Assembly: GCA_964472075.1 (NCBI GenBank)
Contig: CAYYIY010000002.1
Location: 23,771-87,770, forward strand
DNA length: 64,000 nt
From: an uncultured bacterium
GTDB taxonomy: Bacteria; Muiribacteriota; Ozemobacteria; Ozemobacterales; Ozemobacteraceae
Direction of reading: 5' to 3'
Positions 20,967 through 30,894 of the stretch are shown piece after piece. Within the stretch, counting starts at the first letter, position 1; the number at the start of each line of letters is the position of its first letter. The position numbers and the translations under genes are program-made. The notes under the pieces are model-generated. The model made no database searches and was not told the DNA's origin. It saw only the letters and a program-made list of their open reading frames with translations.

Positions 20967-22298
20967 ATGGAACTGACGACCGAATTGATGGTGCAGGGGG
21001 CGTATGCCCTGGGGATCGGCGTGCTGGTCGGTCTTGAACGCAGTGTCTTCGACCAGCCGGCAGGTGAAGTTGCGGCGGGTTCGGAAGAGACGAAGGCCTC
21101 TGAAGCCGCTGAGGAAATGGAAGCGTCCGAGCTCGAGGGTGGCGAACCGAGCGGTGTGCGCACGTTTGCGACCTTCTCTCTCGTGGGTTTTGCCGCTGCC
21201 GCGGTCAATGTGCATGTTCCGTTCGCCGGCCCGGTGATTCTCGCCGGGTTGATTCTGCTGGTTCTGGCTCTGTACCGGCACACGCTGGTCAACAGCCCGG
21301 GAATGACTACCGAAGCAGCCGCTATCGGCACGGCTGTGCTCGGGGCCATGTGCCACAGCAATCCGCATTTTGCCGCCGTTCTCGCGGTGGTTCTGACCGG
21401 TATTCTCAGTTCCAAACAGTTCATGCACGAGACGATCCGAAAAATGCGGCGCGTCGAAGTGACCGATACGCTCAAGTTTCTCGTCATCATTCTGATCATT
21501 GTGCCGTTGTTGCCGAATCGGGCACTTGATCCGTGGGGAGCGGTGAATCCGTATAAGATCGGCTGGCTGGTTGTCCTGATCTCGGGTATCAGTTTTGTCG
21601 GCTACTTTCTGACCCGCATCATGGGCGCTCAGAAGGGATTGGGGTTGACCGGACTGCTGGGCGGGTTAACCTCTTCGACCGCGGTGACGGCGGCGATGGC
21701 TGAAGAGTCGCAGGCGGCCCCTCATTTGAAGGCCATCTGCGCGTTTGCGACCGTGGTGGCGAATGCCACTTCCTTCATGCGTGTGCTGATGATGGTGTTG
21801 ATTCTCGATACGGCTCTGGCGCGACAGCTCGCCTGGTCGATCGGCGGCATGGCCCTTACGGCGATCATTGCCGCTGTCCTACTCTGGATGGCCGCCTCGC
21901 GTGACAAGGTCACGGAAATCAAGGAGCGAGAGGGCCAGGTGAAGCTGAAGAACCCCTTCGCCATCAGCCCGGCCCTCAAGTTTGCGGCGTTCTTCGTGCT
22001 CATCATCTTCGTGTCGAAGGTAGCGCGCGAAAAACTCGGCAACGCCGGAACCTATCTGGCTGCGGCTTTTTCCGGGCTGGCGGATGTAGATGCCATCACG
22101 CTTTCGATGGCCGAACAGACCGGAAACGGCTCGCTCGAAGCGACGGTGGCGGTGCTGGCGATCACGATTGCCGTGGTTTCGAATGCCGTGGTGAAATCGG
22201 GTATCGCCATGTTCACCGGGGGGCGTGAATTCGGACGACTGGTTGCCCTGTCTCTCGGGGTCTCGATTGCCGTCGGGTTAACCATGGCCTGTCTGTGA
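20967..22298 (+). CDS. MgtC/SapB-family plus DUF4010-like integral membrane protein
   Basis: The N-terminus LGIGVLVGLERS is typical of MgtC. Multiple TM helices follow throughout. The track ORF was trimmed to the ATG at 20967. Confidence 0.65.
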   Translation: MELTTELMVQGAYALGIGVLVGLERSVFDQPAGEVAAGSEETKASEAAEEMEASELEGGEPSGVRTFATFSLVGFAAAAVNVHVPFAGPVILAGLILLVLALYRHTLVNSPGMTTEAAAIGTAVLGAMCHSNPHFAAVLAVVLTGILSSKQFMHETIRKMRRVEVTDTLKFLVIILIIVPLLPNRALDPWGAVNPYKIGWLVVLISGISFVGYFLTRIMGAQKGLGLTGLLGGLTSSTAVTAAMAEESQAAPHLKAICAFATVVANATSFMRVLMMVLILDTALARQLAWSIGGMALTAIIAAVLLWMAASRDKVTEIKEREGQVKLKNPFAISPALKFAAFFVLIIFVSKVAREKLGNAGTYLAAAFSGLADVDAITLSMAEQTGNGSLEATVAVLAITIAVVSNAVVKSGIAMFTGGREFGRLVALSLGVSIAVGLTMACL

Positions 22299-22440
22299 AA
22301 ACTCTGAAAGTGTGCTTCCGAACCCGTTTTTGCCGCCGGAAAAATTTCTGTTACGCGGCGAAGTCGGGCGGTGGTATTGATGAGTGAAAGTTGGAAAGGT
22401 GAAGTAGTCTTGCATCGAGATTCCAGCAGGAGGAACGAGT

Positions 22441-23280
22441 ATGAGCATGCATAGATTGAGACGGCTCTGTAAAGGCGGATTGTTTCTGCTCTTCATCTGT
22501 CTGATGTCGATCAGTCTGACCGGGTGCGCCTGGTTGGCCGCTTTGGCTCCGATTCTGTCGGCGATTGGTTCGGTTACCGGCATGGTTGGATCAATCGTCA
22601 GTATCTTCAGCCCTGAGACCGGCAGCAAGATCAGTCAGGTCGGCAATGCGATCTCCAGTACTGGTCAGAGTTTGCAGGGAGTCGCGAACGAAACCGGCGG
22701 CCGGCAGACAGGGCAGACGACTTCGTCTGTTCCTACCGGTACGAGTGCCCCCACAACCTCAGAAGACGGAACGACGATTTCGAGCTCGGCTACGACAGGG
22801 ACCTCGTCGACTTCTTCCTCGTCTTCGACCGGTACGACGTCTGGTGCGACGAGTGCTCCCGCTGTTGCCGCCGGCGGAAGCGCCGCGTCAAACGCCCAGT
22901 CGATGCTGTCGAGCGGCTTCATCAATCGCGGCTCAAAGGCGTTCGACGGCCGTCTCAACATTACGCAGTACGGCGGGCCGAGCGATCGTACCAAGGACAA
23001 ATACACCGAAATGGGTCTGGGCAATCGGAACAACAAGCTGCGCCCGACATCTCTGGCTCTTTCCCCTGATCTCATTCGCAAATACGGGTTGAAGGGTGGC
23101 GAGTCGATCTACATCAAAACCCCCCAGGGAACCAGGTTTCTCGGTCATTATGACGACACGACCGGCAACAAGAGTGAACCGAACGTCATTGATATCTATG
23201 ACAAAACCGACAGTCTCGGTCAGGACAATTTTCTTGCGACTATTCCGAAGGGCCAGTGGGAACTGGTGATCGGTCGATAA
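22441..23280 (+). CDS. Lipoprotein with an S/T-rich linker and a C-terminal 3D-like (MltA/RlpA-type) domain
   Basis: The lipobox is LTGC. A glycine-zipper hydrophobic segment follows. The C-terminal region, LALSPDLIRKYGLKGGESIYIKT...GHYDDTTG...NVIDIYDK, resembles the 3D domain. AGGAGG precedes the start. Confidence 0.55.
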   Translation: MSMHRLRRLCKGGLFLLFICLMSISLTGCAWLAALAPILSAIGSVTGMVGSIVSIFSPETGSKISQVGNAISSTGQSLQGVANETGGRQTGQTTSSVPTGTSAPTTSEDGTTISSSATTGTSSTSSSSSTGTTSGATSAPAVAAGGSAASNAQSMLSSGFINRGSKAFDGRLNITQYGGPSDRTKDKYTEMGLGNRNNKLRPTSLALSPDLIRKYGLKGGESIYIKTPQGTRFLGHYDDTTGNKSEPNVIDIYDKTDSLGQDNFLATIPKGQWELVIGR

Positions 23281-23293
23281 AAGGAGAACGAAC

Positions 23294-23935
23294 ATGAACA
23301 GCAATTCAGTTACTGTAAATCGAATACCGTTATCAAATGCTCGTGTAGTCTTGTCTCGACTCGTACTCATGGTTTTCTGCATCGCTCTGCTCGCCTCGGC
23401 GAACGTCGCTCAGGCGGTTTCCGAAGGCAATCCCGTGCCGATGAAGATATTGCCGCCGTCCGTCGATGCACCGGGTTCGCTTGATCAGGTAAAGGCGCCT
23501 GCCGGTGATCTGACCATGTTCTATTTGTTCCAGCCGCCCGAAGCCGCTCGATTTGGAGTCGTTGGAAAAGACGGCGGCATTGTCTGGGAAAAGGTTGCCG
23601 GGTTCCGCCCCATGGTCGACTACTTCTGGTCGAAAGACGGCACGAAGATCTTCTATGTCACCGACTGTATTCAGCCCGAGGCCGAACTGCGGTCGGAGTC
23701 TGACAAGACCCGAAGCTGGTTTTTTGTCCTGGATGCCGAGAGCGGAAAAACGCTTGCGGAAGGCGATCTGGATACCGACCTTCTGAATCTGCCGAAACAG
23801 TTGCCTGACGCGGTTGGGGCGTCTCACCTCATCGAAGCGACCTTCGAAGGTGACGTCATTACCGTGACGATCGATCACCAGGGGAAGAAAGTCAGTGCCT
23901 CGAAAGCGCTGAAAGATCTCAAACCGAGCAAGTAA
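23294..23935 (+). CDS. Hypothetical secreted protein
   Basis: AAGGAG precedes the start and a signal peptide is present. No recognisable domain was found. Confidence 0.5.
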   Translation: MNSNSVTVNRIPLSNARVVLSRLVLMVFCIALLASANVAQAVSEGNPVPMKILPPSVDAPGSLDQVKAPAGDLTMFYLFQPPEAARFGVVGKDGGIVWEKVAGFRPMVDYFWSKDGTKIFYVTDCIQPEAELRSESDKTRSWFFVLDAESGKTLAEGDLDTDLLNLPKQLPDAVGASHLIEATFEGDVITVTIDHQGKKVSASKALKDLKPSK

Positions 23936-24035
23936 TTCCCGACCGGGAAGGGTGCAACAGCACCCTCCTGGAATGAGCGGAAGAAAACGGAAAGATCAGA
24001 CGGCGGTGCGCTGCCGAACGGTGGGCGCATCGCCG

Positions 24036-24446
24036 TCAGACTTTTTGGGCCTCGATGACGGCCTGTGCGAGAGTCGGTACAAGTTCGGCCTGTGGCACGA
24101 CTCCGGCCAGTTTGATGACTTTGAGGACCACCGGGCAGACACCGACGAGCAGCAGGTGACCGGCAAAATCCTCGATCGTGCGCACCGTCAACTCCAGCAG
24201 CTGGGCGACTCCCATACTGTTCATCACCGGGCAGGCGGACAAGTCGACGATTAATCGGGTCTTCCCCTTCACCAGCGCCGCATCGGCAAGAGTATTCAGT
24301 TCTTTGCCGAGGCCTTCATCGAAATATCCGTTGACGGTAAAGACCGGGATTCCTTCCTGTTCTCCCGCTTGAATGACTGCTTTCACGACGCCCTCCTGTA
24401 CTCTGTGTACCCGCTCAATCGCAGGACCCAGGTAAGGGAATATCAT
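24036..24446 (-). CDS. STAS-domain protein (anti-sigma-factor antagonist, SpoIIAA/RsbV-like)
   Basis: The 136-aa protein contains LIVDLSACPVMNSMGVAQLLEL...LVGVCPVVLKVIKLAG, which matches the STAS fold pattern. Confidence 0.7.
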   Translation of the reverse strand: MIFPYLGPAIERVHRVQEGVVKAVIQAGEQEGIPVFTVNGYFDEGLGKELNTLADAALVKGKTRLIVDLSACPVMNSMGVAQLLELTVRTIEDFAGHLLLVGVCPVVLKVIKLAGVVPQAELVPTLAQAVIEAQKV

Positions 24447-24577
24447 AATCCGCGCACCTCATCAATCCGATCCGGAGTGGTCAGACCGTCTTCAGTGCCA
24501 GGCGGGGAAAATGAGACCAAGAGGATGTGATATACTTTGCGAGCTTCAGACTTCTTCTGTCAGAGGGTTCCCATCCC

Positions 24578-26929
24578 ATGTCCGAACAGGAACACCTTCA
24601 ACACTTGCGCGAGCTGCAGGCTCCGTTGAAATCGTTTCGCCTGTTTGCCATCGAACACTTCATCCGCGAGGGGCAGAGCCGTGAGATTGCTGCTGCGCTC
24701 GATGCGGCACTCATGAACGAGACCGACGAAGAATGTCGTATTCTGCTGGGGCATGCGATTTCCGAGGTGAGACGGCGCCTGGCGGCCTCGCTCGAGCCGC
24801 CTGCACGGGGAATGGAGGAGGTCGGCGGCGCGGAGTTCCCGGCCCGTTTTGCCGCAGCGGATTCGGCGGATCGCCTTACCCTGCTTCGACAGTTGCGCAA
24901 GGCGGATCTGTCGGCGTTGGCCGAGTTTGCGGTCGGCGCCTTTCAGCGCGAAACTCATCCGTTGGTCGCCCGCGACCTGATTCGCTGTTTCACGCCTGCA
25001 TGGCCCCAGGAAGCTCGTTCGATTCTCGGTCGGGCGCTGGCCTCGGAATGGCAGACCGTGAGATTCGCGGCTCTCGAAGCGCTGATCGCCATCGCGCCGC
25101 GCGACCTGCTGGCGTATCTGCCCGGTCTTCTGCGGCATGCCGACCCGAGAGTTCGCAGTATGGCCATCCGAGCGCTTGCCGCGATCGATGCTCCTGAAGC
25201 CGCTCGGCATCTGGAAGCTCAGCTGCTGGGCGGGGAGCGCGAAGGGCGCTGGTCTGCCTTGCGTGAGTGTGCGCGACTTCCGTTTGAACTGACCCGCTCC
25301 GTTCTTTTCGCCTATCTCGAAACCGAAAAAGATCAGGAACTGCTTGAAGCTGCCGGAGCGATCATTCTGGCGAATCCGGAGGTCGAAACGCCTTTTCGTC
25401 TCGCGGACCTGCTGTCGCGGCGTTCCGATCTGGGGGCGTGGCTCGGCCCTGTTCTTCAGAACAGCATTGCCGTCCTTCGTGATTCCGGGCAGCTGACGGA
25501 GGATAGCGACTCGTACCGCACACGAGTGCAGCAGTATGTCGATCGGCTTGCGGCACGTCGCCTGGTGCATCGGGCCGTCTCGGCGCTGGCATCGGGCGAT
25601 TCAACGCAGCAGGCCGAAGGCGGGACGTTGTTGCGTCAGCATCTGAACCGGCCTGTCGTTCGACAACTGCTCGAGGAAACGGTGCGTCAGGAATTGCCCG
25701 CCTTGCTTCAGCAGCAGCTGAGTGAGATTCTGCAACCCGAAAGCATGTCGCCGGCCGCCCCTGAGCTGGATCAATGGCCGTCGTCTGCTCCCGAGTCCGA
25801 GCAGTTGCGGTGGCTGGCGACTCGGCAGGCGGAACAGGTTCAGCAGTGGAGGCCTGCGGTCGAGAAGCTCGTGACAGACAGCTCCATTCGTTCGACCCTG
25901 AAAATCGGCGCTCTGCGTGCCCTGACTCGGTGCCGAACGAGCGGTTCGGCGTCCGCCGTGTTCCCTCTTCTCAATCATGCAGACGACGGTGTTGCCGCCG
26001 CAGCACTCGAATATCTCGGCTTTGCCGCTCCAGACGAGGTAGTTCCGCTTATCGGCAAGTACTTGAAAGCTGCTCGCCCGCGCGTGAGACTGGCGGCGAT
26101 TCGAGTCCTGCGGTCGGTCGATCCGTTCCAGGCTGTTTCCTCTCTGTTCAAGCTTCTCGAAACCTGCACTCCCGACCAACGGTCTCTGACCATGCAGTGT
26201 CTGGTGCAGTTCGAGTTTTCCCTGATTCGCGACCGTCTGGCCAATCTGTTGGAAAGCGGAAAAGCGCCGGAGATTCTTGAAGATGCTCTTGCTCTCTTCG
26301 ATGCCAACCCGGATGTCGGCTCTCTCTACCTGCTCTTTCGCCTGGGCCGACGCCTGGGAGGCAAACATGAACAGCGAATCGACCAGGTGCGAGCACGAGT
26401 GTCGGAACTCTTGATCGCCTCCGGGCAGTTGACCCCGGAAACGCTGAAGACCCTCGAAAACGGATTCCCGCAGCGTCTGCAGCTTGAAGACATTCGACGT
26501 GCCGGCCCGCGACCGGCCTACGCTCTTGCCGAGCTGGAACAGGAACCGGAGCGCGTGTGGCCGGTTCTGCGCGACACGATGCGACAGATGTTTCGAGAAT
26601 ATGGTCGCCACCTGCTCATTGCTCTCGTCGTCGGTTTGATTCTCGCCTGGGCGTTCGGTTTGCGACAGGTGCCGGTCGAAGTGCGTGCACGCTCTGGAGC
26701 GCTCATCCAAAGCGAAGTGACACGGGGTGAAGGAATGCTTCTGCAGGTCACGGATTATGGGTGGAAGATTCGGCTCACGAATGGCGTGATTTGGCATCTG
26801 TCCCCGCCGCCTGGCGGATTCCCCTTTATCATCGAAGGCATGAAGGTTGTGGTCGAAGCATCTCTCTTCAGACGCACGTCCGAAGGTGTCTTTCAAGGGC
26901 GCTGTGTTTCGTTCAGAATCAGCTTCTAG
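24578..26929 (+). CDS. HEAT-repeat protein with a C-terminal TM helix
   Basis: Repeated motifs with the pattern '..D..VR..A..AL..I' (HEAT/PBS-lyase type) occur, for example DPRVRSMAIRALAAI and RPRVRLAAIRVLRSV. One TM helix lies near the C-terminus. The start was chosen as the ATG at 24578. Confidence 0.6.
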   Translation: MSEQEHLQHLRELQAPLKSFRLFAIEHFIREGQSREIAAALDAALMNETDEECRILLGHAISEVRRRLAASLEPPARGMEEVGGAEFPARFAAADSADRLTLLRQLRKADLSALAEFAVGAFQRETHPLVARDLIRCFTPAWPQEARSILGRALASEWQTVRFAALEALIAIAPRDLLAYLPGLLRHADPRVRSMAIRALAAIDAPEAARHLEAQLLGGEREGRWSALRECARLPFELTRSVLFAYLETEKDQELLEAAGAIILANPEVETPFRLADLLSRRSDLGAWLGPVLQNSIAVLRDSGQLTEDSDSYRTRVQQYVDRLAARRLVHRAVSALASGDSTQQAEGGTLLRQHLNRPVVRQLLEETVRQELPALLQQQLSEILQPESMSPAAPELDQWPSSAPESEQLRWLATRQAEQVQQWRPAVEKLVTDSSIRSTLKIGALRALTRCRTSGSASAVFPLLNHADDGVAAAALEYLGFAAPDEVVPLIGKYLKAARPRVRLAAIRVLRSVDPFQAVSSLFKLLETCTPDQRSLTMQCLVQFEFSLIRDRLANLLESGKAPEILEDALALFDANPDVGSLYLLFRLGRRLGGKHEQRIDQVRARVSELLIASGQLTPETLKTLENGFPQRLQLEDIRRAGPRPAYALAELEQEPERVWPVLRDTMRQMFREYGRHLLIALVVGLILAWAFGLRQVPVEVRARSGALIQSEVTRGEGMLLQVTDYGWKIRLTNGVIWHLSPPPGGFPFIIEGMKVVVEASLFRRTSEGVFQGRCVSFRISF

Positions 26930-27018
26930 ACAGGTGGCAAAAAGTTGTTACGTTTCTGAAGGCACTATCGGTATTGCTTGCAGAACGTCTCGAATTTCAA
27001 GATCGGGGAGGTTGAAGT

Positions 27019-27645
27019 ATGGATATGCGTCTCATGCGTCGGTGGTGTCGAGGCGGACTCTTCGTGGTGTTTCTGGTGTTCATGTCGGTCAGTTTGACGG
27101 GGTGTGCGTGGCTGGCGGCTCTGGTGCCGATTCTGAATGCGATCGGCGCTGTAACCGGTATGGTCGGGGCGATTGTCAGTATATTCAACCCGGAAATAGG
27201 CGGAAAGATTTCTCAGGTGGGTGGGGCGGTTCAGCAGGGTGCGGCATCGCTGGGTGAGGCGGCCGCGCAGTTTCCGCAGACTTCTCCCGGAGGTGCAGCT
27301 CAGACGTCCTCGGCAGTTCCTACCGGAACTTCGGCCTCGACCAACAGTGAAGACGGCGGCAATGCGGCCGGCGTGCCTGATTCGACGCCGATCAACGTCC
27401 GTCCGGCTTCCCCGGCGAATTCCGGCTCAACCGGTTCGAAACCTTCTGCCGCTGCCGCTGCGAAACCGGCTCCGAGACCCGAAGGCGGCGTGGATCTCTC
27501 GAACCCCAATCCTGGTCCGTTTCTGCCTGAGTACAAACCGGCCTTTGATCAGCCGAGCAAGCCGGCGGGTGGTGAAAAGCCGGCGGATGGGAACAAGCCG
27601 ATTGACCTGTGGAACCCCAATCCAGGAACCATTTTGAAGGATTGA
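27019..27645 (+). CDS. Lipoprotein, paralog of 22441..23280 over the N-terminal module, with a proline-rich tail
   Basis: About 70% identity to the 22441 product over the first ~110 aa: the LTGCAWLAAL lipobox, the glycine-zipper helix and the SSAVPTGTSASTNSEDG segment. The C-terminus diverges into a PxxP-rich tail. GGGGAGG precedes the start. Confidence 0.6.
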   Translation: MDMRLMRRWCRGGLFVVFLVFMSVSLTGCAWLAALVPILNAIGAVTGMVGAIVSIFNPEIGGKISQVGGAVQQGAASLGEAAAQFPQTSPGGAAQTSSAVPTGTSASTNSEDGGNAAGVPDSTPINVRPASPANSGSTGSKPSAAAAAKPAPRPEGGVDLSNPNPGPFLPEYKPAFDQPSKPAGGEKPADGNKPIDLWNPNPGTILKD

Positions 27646-27742
27646 GCGAACACCGTGCGACTTGTTCCTCCGACATCGGTTGTCGAGGAATGGGATGAAA
27701 CTTGACCCATGATGCAGGAAACTGAAGCGGAAAGGAGCGGGA

Positions 27743-28297
27743 ATGGACCGGGCGGCGACGCGAGTTGACGACGAACGGGCCGTTGCCGAGGTTCTTGCCG
27801 GTCGCCGCGAGGCTTTTGATCGACTGGTGGTGCGTTATCTGGGTCCGGTTCAGGGCTACTTTCGCGGGTTCGGGTGCGCCGATCGGGCCGATGACCTGAC
27901 GCAGGAAGTGTTTATTCGGGCTTTTCGCTACCTGGGTTCGTACCAGACGGAGAAGTCGTTTCTCAGCTGGCTGTTGGGAATTGCCCGCAATGTCAGAAGA
28001 GATCTCAAGCCCTCTCTCGCGACGCCCACGGCCCCTGAAACCATGCCCGAAAGGGCTGGCGAGGGGCCGTCGCTCGAAGAAACAGCGGTTGCCGGAACCG
28101 AGGTCGAGGCGATTCTGTCGGTATTCCCCGCTTCCGATCGGCTCATCATCGAGTTGCGTCTGTTTCAGGAACTGGCCTATGCCGAAATCGGCGAACTGCT
28201 CGACCAGACCGAGGCGAACGTGCGGGTCAGATACCATCGCGTTCTCGCCCGTCTGCGTCAGGTCGTCCAGGAACGCAGGAGCATGCAACATGTCTGA
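27743..28297 (+). CDS. ECF-type RNA polymerase sigma factor (sigma-70 regions 2 and 4)
   Basis: Region 2 is LTQEVFIRAFRYLGSY. Region 4 is an HTH, ELAYAEIGELLDQTEANVRVRYHRVLARLRQ. AAAGGAG precedes the start. Confidence 0.85.
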   Translation: MDRAATRVDDERAVAEVLAGRREAFDRLVVRYLGPVQGYFRGFGCADRADDLTQEVFIRAFRYLGSYQTEKSFLSWLLGIARNVRRDLKPSLATPTAPETMPERAGEGPSLEETAVAGTEVEAILSVFPASDRLIIELRLFQELAYAEIGELLDQTEANVRVRYHRVLARLRQVVQERRSMQHV

Positions 28298-28811
28298 ACC
28301 AACCATCTGTGAAGTGATTGCCGAGACTCTCGGCAGCGGGTCTACTCTGTCTCCGGCGCAGACGTCGCATGTGAATTCGTGCCCGGCCTGCCGCGATCTG
28401 CAGTCCGGGCTTGCTCAGGTGAAAGCCGCCGGGTCCGCGTTCCCGGCGGTCGCGGCCGGCTCACCGCTGCTGGCGCGGATTCGGCAGTCCGTGGCGACTG
28501 AACCGCTGCCGACGCCTGTCGTCTCCGGGACAACAGGGCCGGCGATTGCCACAGCCGGGCTGGGTGCGGGCATGCTGTTGCCGGCAATTGTGATATGCTT
28601 GCTGCTGGCGGCCTTGCTCTGGAATGCCGTGCCGCCGACGGTTCCTGCTGTGTCGCCCGGGAGCAGTGCCCCGGCAACGGCGGGGGCGGTGCTCGTCGAG
28701 ACCATCGAGTCCATGACACCGGCCTCGTCGTCGTTTGTGATCACTCCTCCGGCTTCCGGTGCGGCGTCTGCGTCCTCGGCTCCGACTCAGAGCGAAGAAG
28801 GGAACAGATAA
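28290..28811 (+). CDS. Anti-sigma factor (zf-HC2-like, single TM)
   Basis: An ATGTCTGA 8-nt overlap with the sigma gene. A CPACRD zinc-finger-like motif and a TM helix, GMLLPAIVICLLLAALLWNAV, are present. The track ORF was trimmed to the coupled ATG at 28290. Confidence 0.6.
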   Translation: MSEPTICEVIAETLGSGSTLSPAQTSHVNSCPACRDLQSGLAQVKAAGSAFPAVAAGSPLLARIRQSVATEPLPTPVVSGTTGPAIATAGLGAGMLLPAIVICLLLAALLWNAVPPTVPAVSPGSSAPATAGAVLVETIESMTPASSSFVITPPASGAASASSAPTQSEEGNR

Positions 28812-30894
28812 ATTGAATTATACGGGTCAATTAGCAAAGCGATTCTCATCAGGCGCGGCTTTGCAGCTGATTCTCTTTCTGGTGTTGATCGTTTCAGGGG
28901 TGACTCTGGCGTTTTTTCAGCTGTCAGCGCAGGCACAACGAACGGCTTTTCGACTCGAACGCGGCGAAGTTCTGCGGCAGATTGTCGAGGCCGCCGATGA
29001 AGAGGCATTTGCGGTACTGCTGGCGGCGCTTGAAAACCCAGGCAGCACTTCGTTTCAGTGGCTCCTCGATCAGGGACGGAATCCGAAGGTTCTTCCCATT
29101 CAGGCTCCACTGACCGCGCAGACGGCGGCGACCATGGTCAGGGCCAGGCAGAAAACGACCCTCACGGTGGAAGCCCGGGTGGTCGACTTTACCCCGCGCG
29201 ATTTTGAAGGTGTGCCCTATTCAAGCGACGTGCGCGAAGGGGTCGGACGGATAGAGCTGACGACCATCTGTCGCCTGACCGACACCGGCGGCGGTGGTGG
29301 CGATGCCATCTGTCGCCTGATTCGCCGCCGTGACTACAAGATGGCCGCCATCGTGACGCCGCGAGGTTCCGGTCGCACCGGCGCCTCTCAAAATGCCGCT
29401 CTCGACTATGCGCTGCTTGTACGCCAGGGCCTGCAGGAGTTTCAACAGACCGGGGGGTTGATGCTGAACCAGAATCGTGTCCGTCTGGTCATCGATGCGG
29501 CGGGCGTGCCGTCGGGAAAACGGGGCAAAATTCGCTTCGGCGGCGCAGACGGCGTGGGAAACGCGATCGTCTGGCTGCAGATCGACGAGGCACGAAAGTC
29601 CATGTTGCCGACCGCGAAAACCCCGATTGAAATCACGAACCCGGAGTGCGAAACCTTGTTCGATCTGGCCGGCTGGCGCCGGCAGGAGATCGAAGCGAAG
29701 ATCAAACAGGCGAAAGAAAAGCTCGGTTCGAATTACAACGGCGATATCGAAGATTACATCAAAGCCGATACGGTGAAAAAGTTTCGCGGTATCGTCGGGG
29801 AGTTCAAGACCGGCGTGGTTCCGCTGGCCGCGAACGGTCCGACCGAGGCTGCCGACAAGATTCGTCAGTATCTCTGGTCTGAAGAGTGGAAAAAGGCGGC
29901 CGGCGGGTTACGGAATGTTCCCGACCGGTATGATGTGCCAAGTCCGGGGTGTGCCATGTTGAGCGAGAATGCGGGCGATGTTACCGCCGCTCTCGCGCAG
30001 GAAGTGTTGGAAGGCGGCATTCGCCAGCGTTTTCTCTACCATGCGACAATGTTTCTCGATATCTCGTCACTTGAAGACAAAGACAAGGCCGATGAGATCG
30101 CGAAGAAGCCCTGGTACGGATTCAACCCCGCGCCGTCCGGTCTTTCCGGGGCGGCCGATCAACGGTTTTACGATCGGTTGCCGCAGGTCGATGCGGCGAA
30201 GGGGGGCGGTCACCCGTTGTTTTCGCGTTTTGATGCCTCGTTCCTGTTCGGTGTCGGCGGCGGCAGCCTGGATGCTGCTCCCACCGATGCCGCGTTCCCT
30301 ATCGGACCGCTCTTCAACCGCCGCGGCAGCAGGATCTCGCCGGACCAGACTGGGACTGAAGGGTTTCGACCGTATTCAGGGTTCGGGCTGTGGGCGCGAC
30401 GACTTGACCGCGCGGCCTTTCTGCGGAGCGGCATGTATGACGCACAGGCCGGGCGTCTCCATATCGATGGAATTGTACAAATCATGGGGGGTGCGGGCGA
30501 CATTCTGAGTCTCGGGTCTCCCGACAAGCCGCTTCTCATCAGCGGCCGCGGCGTGCTGGTCGCCCCCGGGTTTCAGATTCGCGGCGAGATTCGCAAGGCT
30601 GACCCGGCGCGTGACCTGCTGGTGCTGATGACAAGACGCGGCAACATTCTGATCGACACGTCGCAACCCGTCGAAGCGTCGCTGATCGCGGCCGGTGACG
30701 ACCTGCAGCGCTCCGTCATTCCGTTGAAACCGATGCAGGTGACCGGTGCCGTCGTCGTCGATCGACTGAACACGCATCAGTGGTGCGCCGGCGAACATCG
30801 CCTGCGTTATGACGAGCATCTGCAGGTGCCCGAACCGCTGTTTCGCCCCGCGATCAGCCGGTGGGTGGTCTTCGAAAGGCTGGCGGAAGAATGA
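28759..30894 (+). CDS. Large hypothetical protein with an N-terminal TM anchor
   Basis: A single N-terminal TM helix (ALQLILFLVLIVSGVTLAFF) is followed by a soluble region of ~650 aa with no recognisable motif. The real start may be the TTG at 28813, directly after the anti-sigma stop and preceded by GAAGGGA. Confidence 0.55.
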   Translation: MRRLRPRLRLRAKKGTDKLNYTGQLAKRFSSGAALQLILFLVLIVSGVTLAFFQLSAQAQRTAFRLERGEVLRQIVEAADEEAFAVLLAALENPGSTSFQWLLDQGRNPKVLPIQAPLTAQTAATMVRARQKTTLTVEARVVDFTPRDFEGVPYSSDVREGVGRIELTTICRLTDTGGGGGDAICRLIRRRDYKMAAIVTPRGSGRTGASQNAALDYALLVRQGLQEFQQTGGLMLNQNRVRLVIDAAGVPSGKRGKIRFGGADGVGNAIVWLQIDEARKSMLPTAKTPIEITNPECETLFDLAGWRRQEIEAKIKQAKEKLGSNYNGDIEDYIKADTVKKFRGIVGEFKTGVVPLAANGPTEAADKIRQYLWSEEWKKAAGGLRNVPDRYDVPSPGCAMLSENAGDVTAALAQEVLEGGIRQRFLYHATMFLDISSLEDKDKADEIAKKPWYGFNPAPSGLSGAADQRFYDRLPQVDAAKGGGHPLFSRFDASFLFGVGGGSLDAAPTDAAFPIGPLFNRRGSRISPDQTGTEGFRPYSGFGLWARRLDRAAFLRSGMYDAQAGRLHIDGIVQIMGGAGDILSLGSPDKPLLISGRGVLVAPGFQIRGEIRKADPARDLLVLMTRRGNILIDTSQPVEASLIAAGDDLQRSVIPLKPMQVTGAVVVDRLNTHQWCAGEHRLRYDEHLQVPEPLFRPAISRWVVFERLAEE

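Noticed and set aside
24560-26896. Minus-strand ORFs of 336 and 431 aa (24560..25570 and 25601..26896)
   Set aside because: Both are antisense to the HEAT-repeat protein gene, whose repeats are clear on the plus strand. Neither has motifs.
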